This document shows, in pieces, positions 62,601 through 64,000 of a stretch of DNA of 64,000 nucleotides. The notes under the pieces are model-generated. The model was given only the letters and a program-made list of their open reading frames with translations, made no database searches and was not told where the DNA came from. Source of the stretch: Pristiophorus japonicus (lineage: Eukaryota); contig NC_091979.1 in NCBI RefSeq assembly GCF_044704955.1, forward strand, positions 281,480,001-281,544,000. Reading direction: 5' to 3'. Numbering within the stretch: the stretch's first letter is position 1; each line of letters starts with the position of its first letter. A program made the translations under genes and the position numbers.

Positions 62601-63039
62601 AGCTGAGTGTCTATGTGCTGCAGCCGGCCGATTGCCACAGGATAGCAGCTAGCTGCAGTAGGGTTGCCTCCAGCCACCTGTAGCTTGCCAGAAAAATTAT
62701 GCTCGAAGCTGTAAGTGGTTCTAGGCTGAATGCTGCGTTGGGAGGACACTGCAAGTTTATTGCTGACATCTGGCCCATTCAGTGCCAAAACCGAAGTTCT
62801 TCCCCCTTTAAATTTAAGATCAAGCAATTTTCATCTCTTGCAAGTGCTGTTATTCCTAGAACCAACAGCTGGAACTGTGAATCATTGTGCAACTATGGTT
62901 TGAGATGCGATTCTGGTGAGCCTTAAAGCAGTGCAGAAGCGTTTTACACCTAAAAATGAAAATTGCCTCCATTTTGTTTCCTCCAATTAACCATGAGCAA
63001 GGCCGTGGGAGATTCACTAGTGAAATGGTAAATTGTCAG

Positions 63040-63275
63040 AGTAGGACACAGGCTCAAACTAGTGAAAGGAAAATTTTAGACTAATCAGAAAGTTCTTCTT
63101 CATGCTAAGAGTAATTAATGTATTGAATGGACTTCCAGGTAGAGGACTGAAAGCAAAAACCCTGGAATGATTTGAAAAACCTTTTAGATACTATGGTGGG
63201 TAGATTACAGGGTTTTCGACATGGATGAACTAAGATAAGCCAAATGGTTGTCCTCATCCATATTTGTCTTATGAA
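63040..63275 (+). mobile_element. Old CR1 3' end
   Basis: aggacacaggctcaaactagtgaaagg...ttcttcttc...gagtaattaatg...gccaaatgg...cttatg. Confidence 0.7.
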
Positions 63276-63289
63276 CATTAAAGCACAAG

Positions 63290-64000
63290 GGAAGGCACAA
63301 TGACATTTTTTTAAAGTGATTTGTTTTGGAGAAGGGATGAACTATAGGACAGCAGAGTATGAGCAACAGAGGGAGGTTAGCATGAGATGAAAGTTGTAAA
63401 TCGGCGATGTTTCAGAGGTGAAAAAAGGTAGTCTTGGTGATAGACCGGATGCAGGGAAGAAAACTCAGCTCGATCCTACAGAATGCTGAGGATCCCCAGC
63501 ACCAGCTTCAGCCTGAGCAAGTAGCTCGATGGAATCAGAATTAAAGGAAGGTAGGTGCTGGCAAGATCCTGAAAGATGGTTCAGTTTTGTCGACTTTAAT
63601 CCGTAGGATGTTTTGACTTATCCAGGACTTGCTTTTGGACAGGCAGCTGAAGAGTGCAGCTGCCAATAGATGGTGGATGTAGAGAAGTGGAACTAGGTCT
63701 TGTTGGCGAATCTGTAAAAGCTGACCTGTGTGACTGTGGATGATGTTATCTAGGGGCAGCATGTAACTTAGAGGGACTTGAGGATGGAGCACAGGCACAA
63801 ATCGGATGTACCTGTGTGGACAGGTGAGGAGAAACTTTGGAAATGTTGTGACTGGATTGGAACTGGTGGGACAAGAGCGAGCAGTAGCATTGAGGTAAAT
63901 GACAGCAGTGAGGTGATAGTGAAGAATAGAGTGGTTAATGGTATTTGAGGAAGTGGAAACGTTGAGGAGTATGAGTGGCATAATCAGTTAAGACAATCAC
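63290..64000 (-). mobile_element. Old L2 LINE RT fragment running off the window
   Basis: ORF 63541-63981 LILLNVSTSSNTINHSIL, PLSYMLPL, CLS...SWISQN.L...DKTE, matching decayed L2 RT motifs. Confidence 0.7.

Noticed and set aside
50668-64000. Next MGMT exon (WLxAYF motif)
   Set aside because: Not found by eye; probably beyond the window, since MGMT introns are long.

Overview
Eukaryotic, repeat-rich DNA; the repeat families point to a cartilaginous fish (inference). The only host coding sequence I found is one 140-nt + strand exon (49927-50066), missed by the ORF track, encoding the N-terminal zinc-binding segment of MGMT (O6-methylguanine-DNA methyltransferase). The rest is therefore most likely long MGMT intron. 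It is filled with nested, decayed transposons: two full-length two-gene PIF/Harbinger elements (DDE transposase plus spliced Myb/SANT gene) and two further remnants, non-autonomous TIR elements, many CR1 fragments, RTE LINEs (one full length), short bipartite RTE derivatives, Deu-type SINEs, L2 fragments, two solo LTRs and a Penelope-like palindrome. Between them lie TE-poor AT-rich islands with clustered Hox/Pbx/Meis/RFX motifs, which are candidate conserved enhancers. I found no convincing novel multi-gene system. The best leads are the missing AUG in the MGMT exon, loss of the same catalytic Asp in three Harbinger transposases, a copy-variable 15-aa repeat in the Harbinger Myb protein, a snap-back hairpin at a CR1 5' junction, and the enhancer-like islands. 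All alignments were made by eye, and TE boundaries are approximate unless a TSD is quoted.
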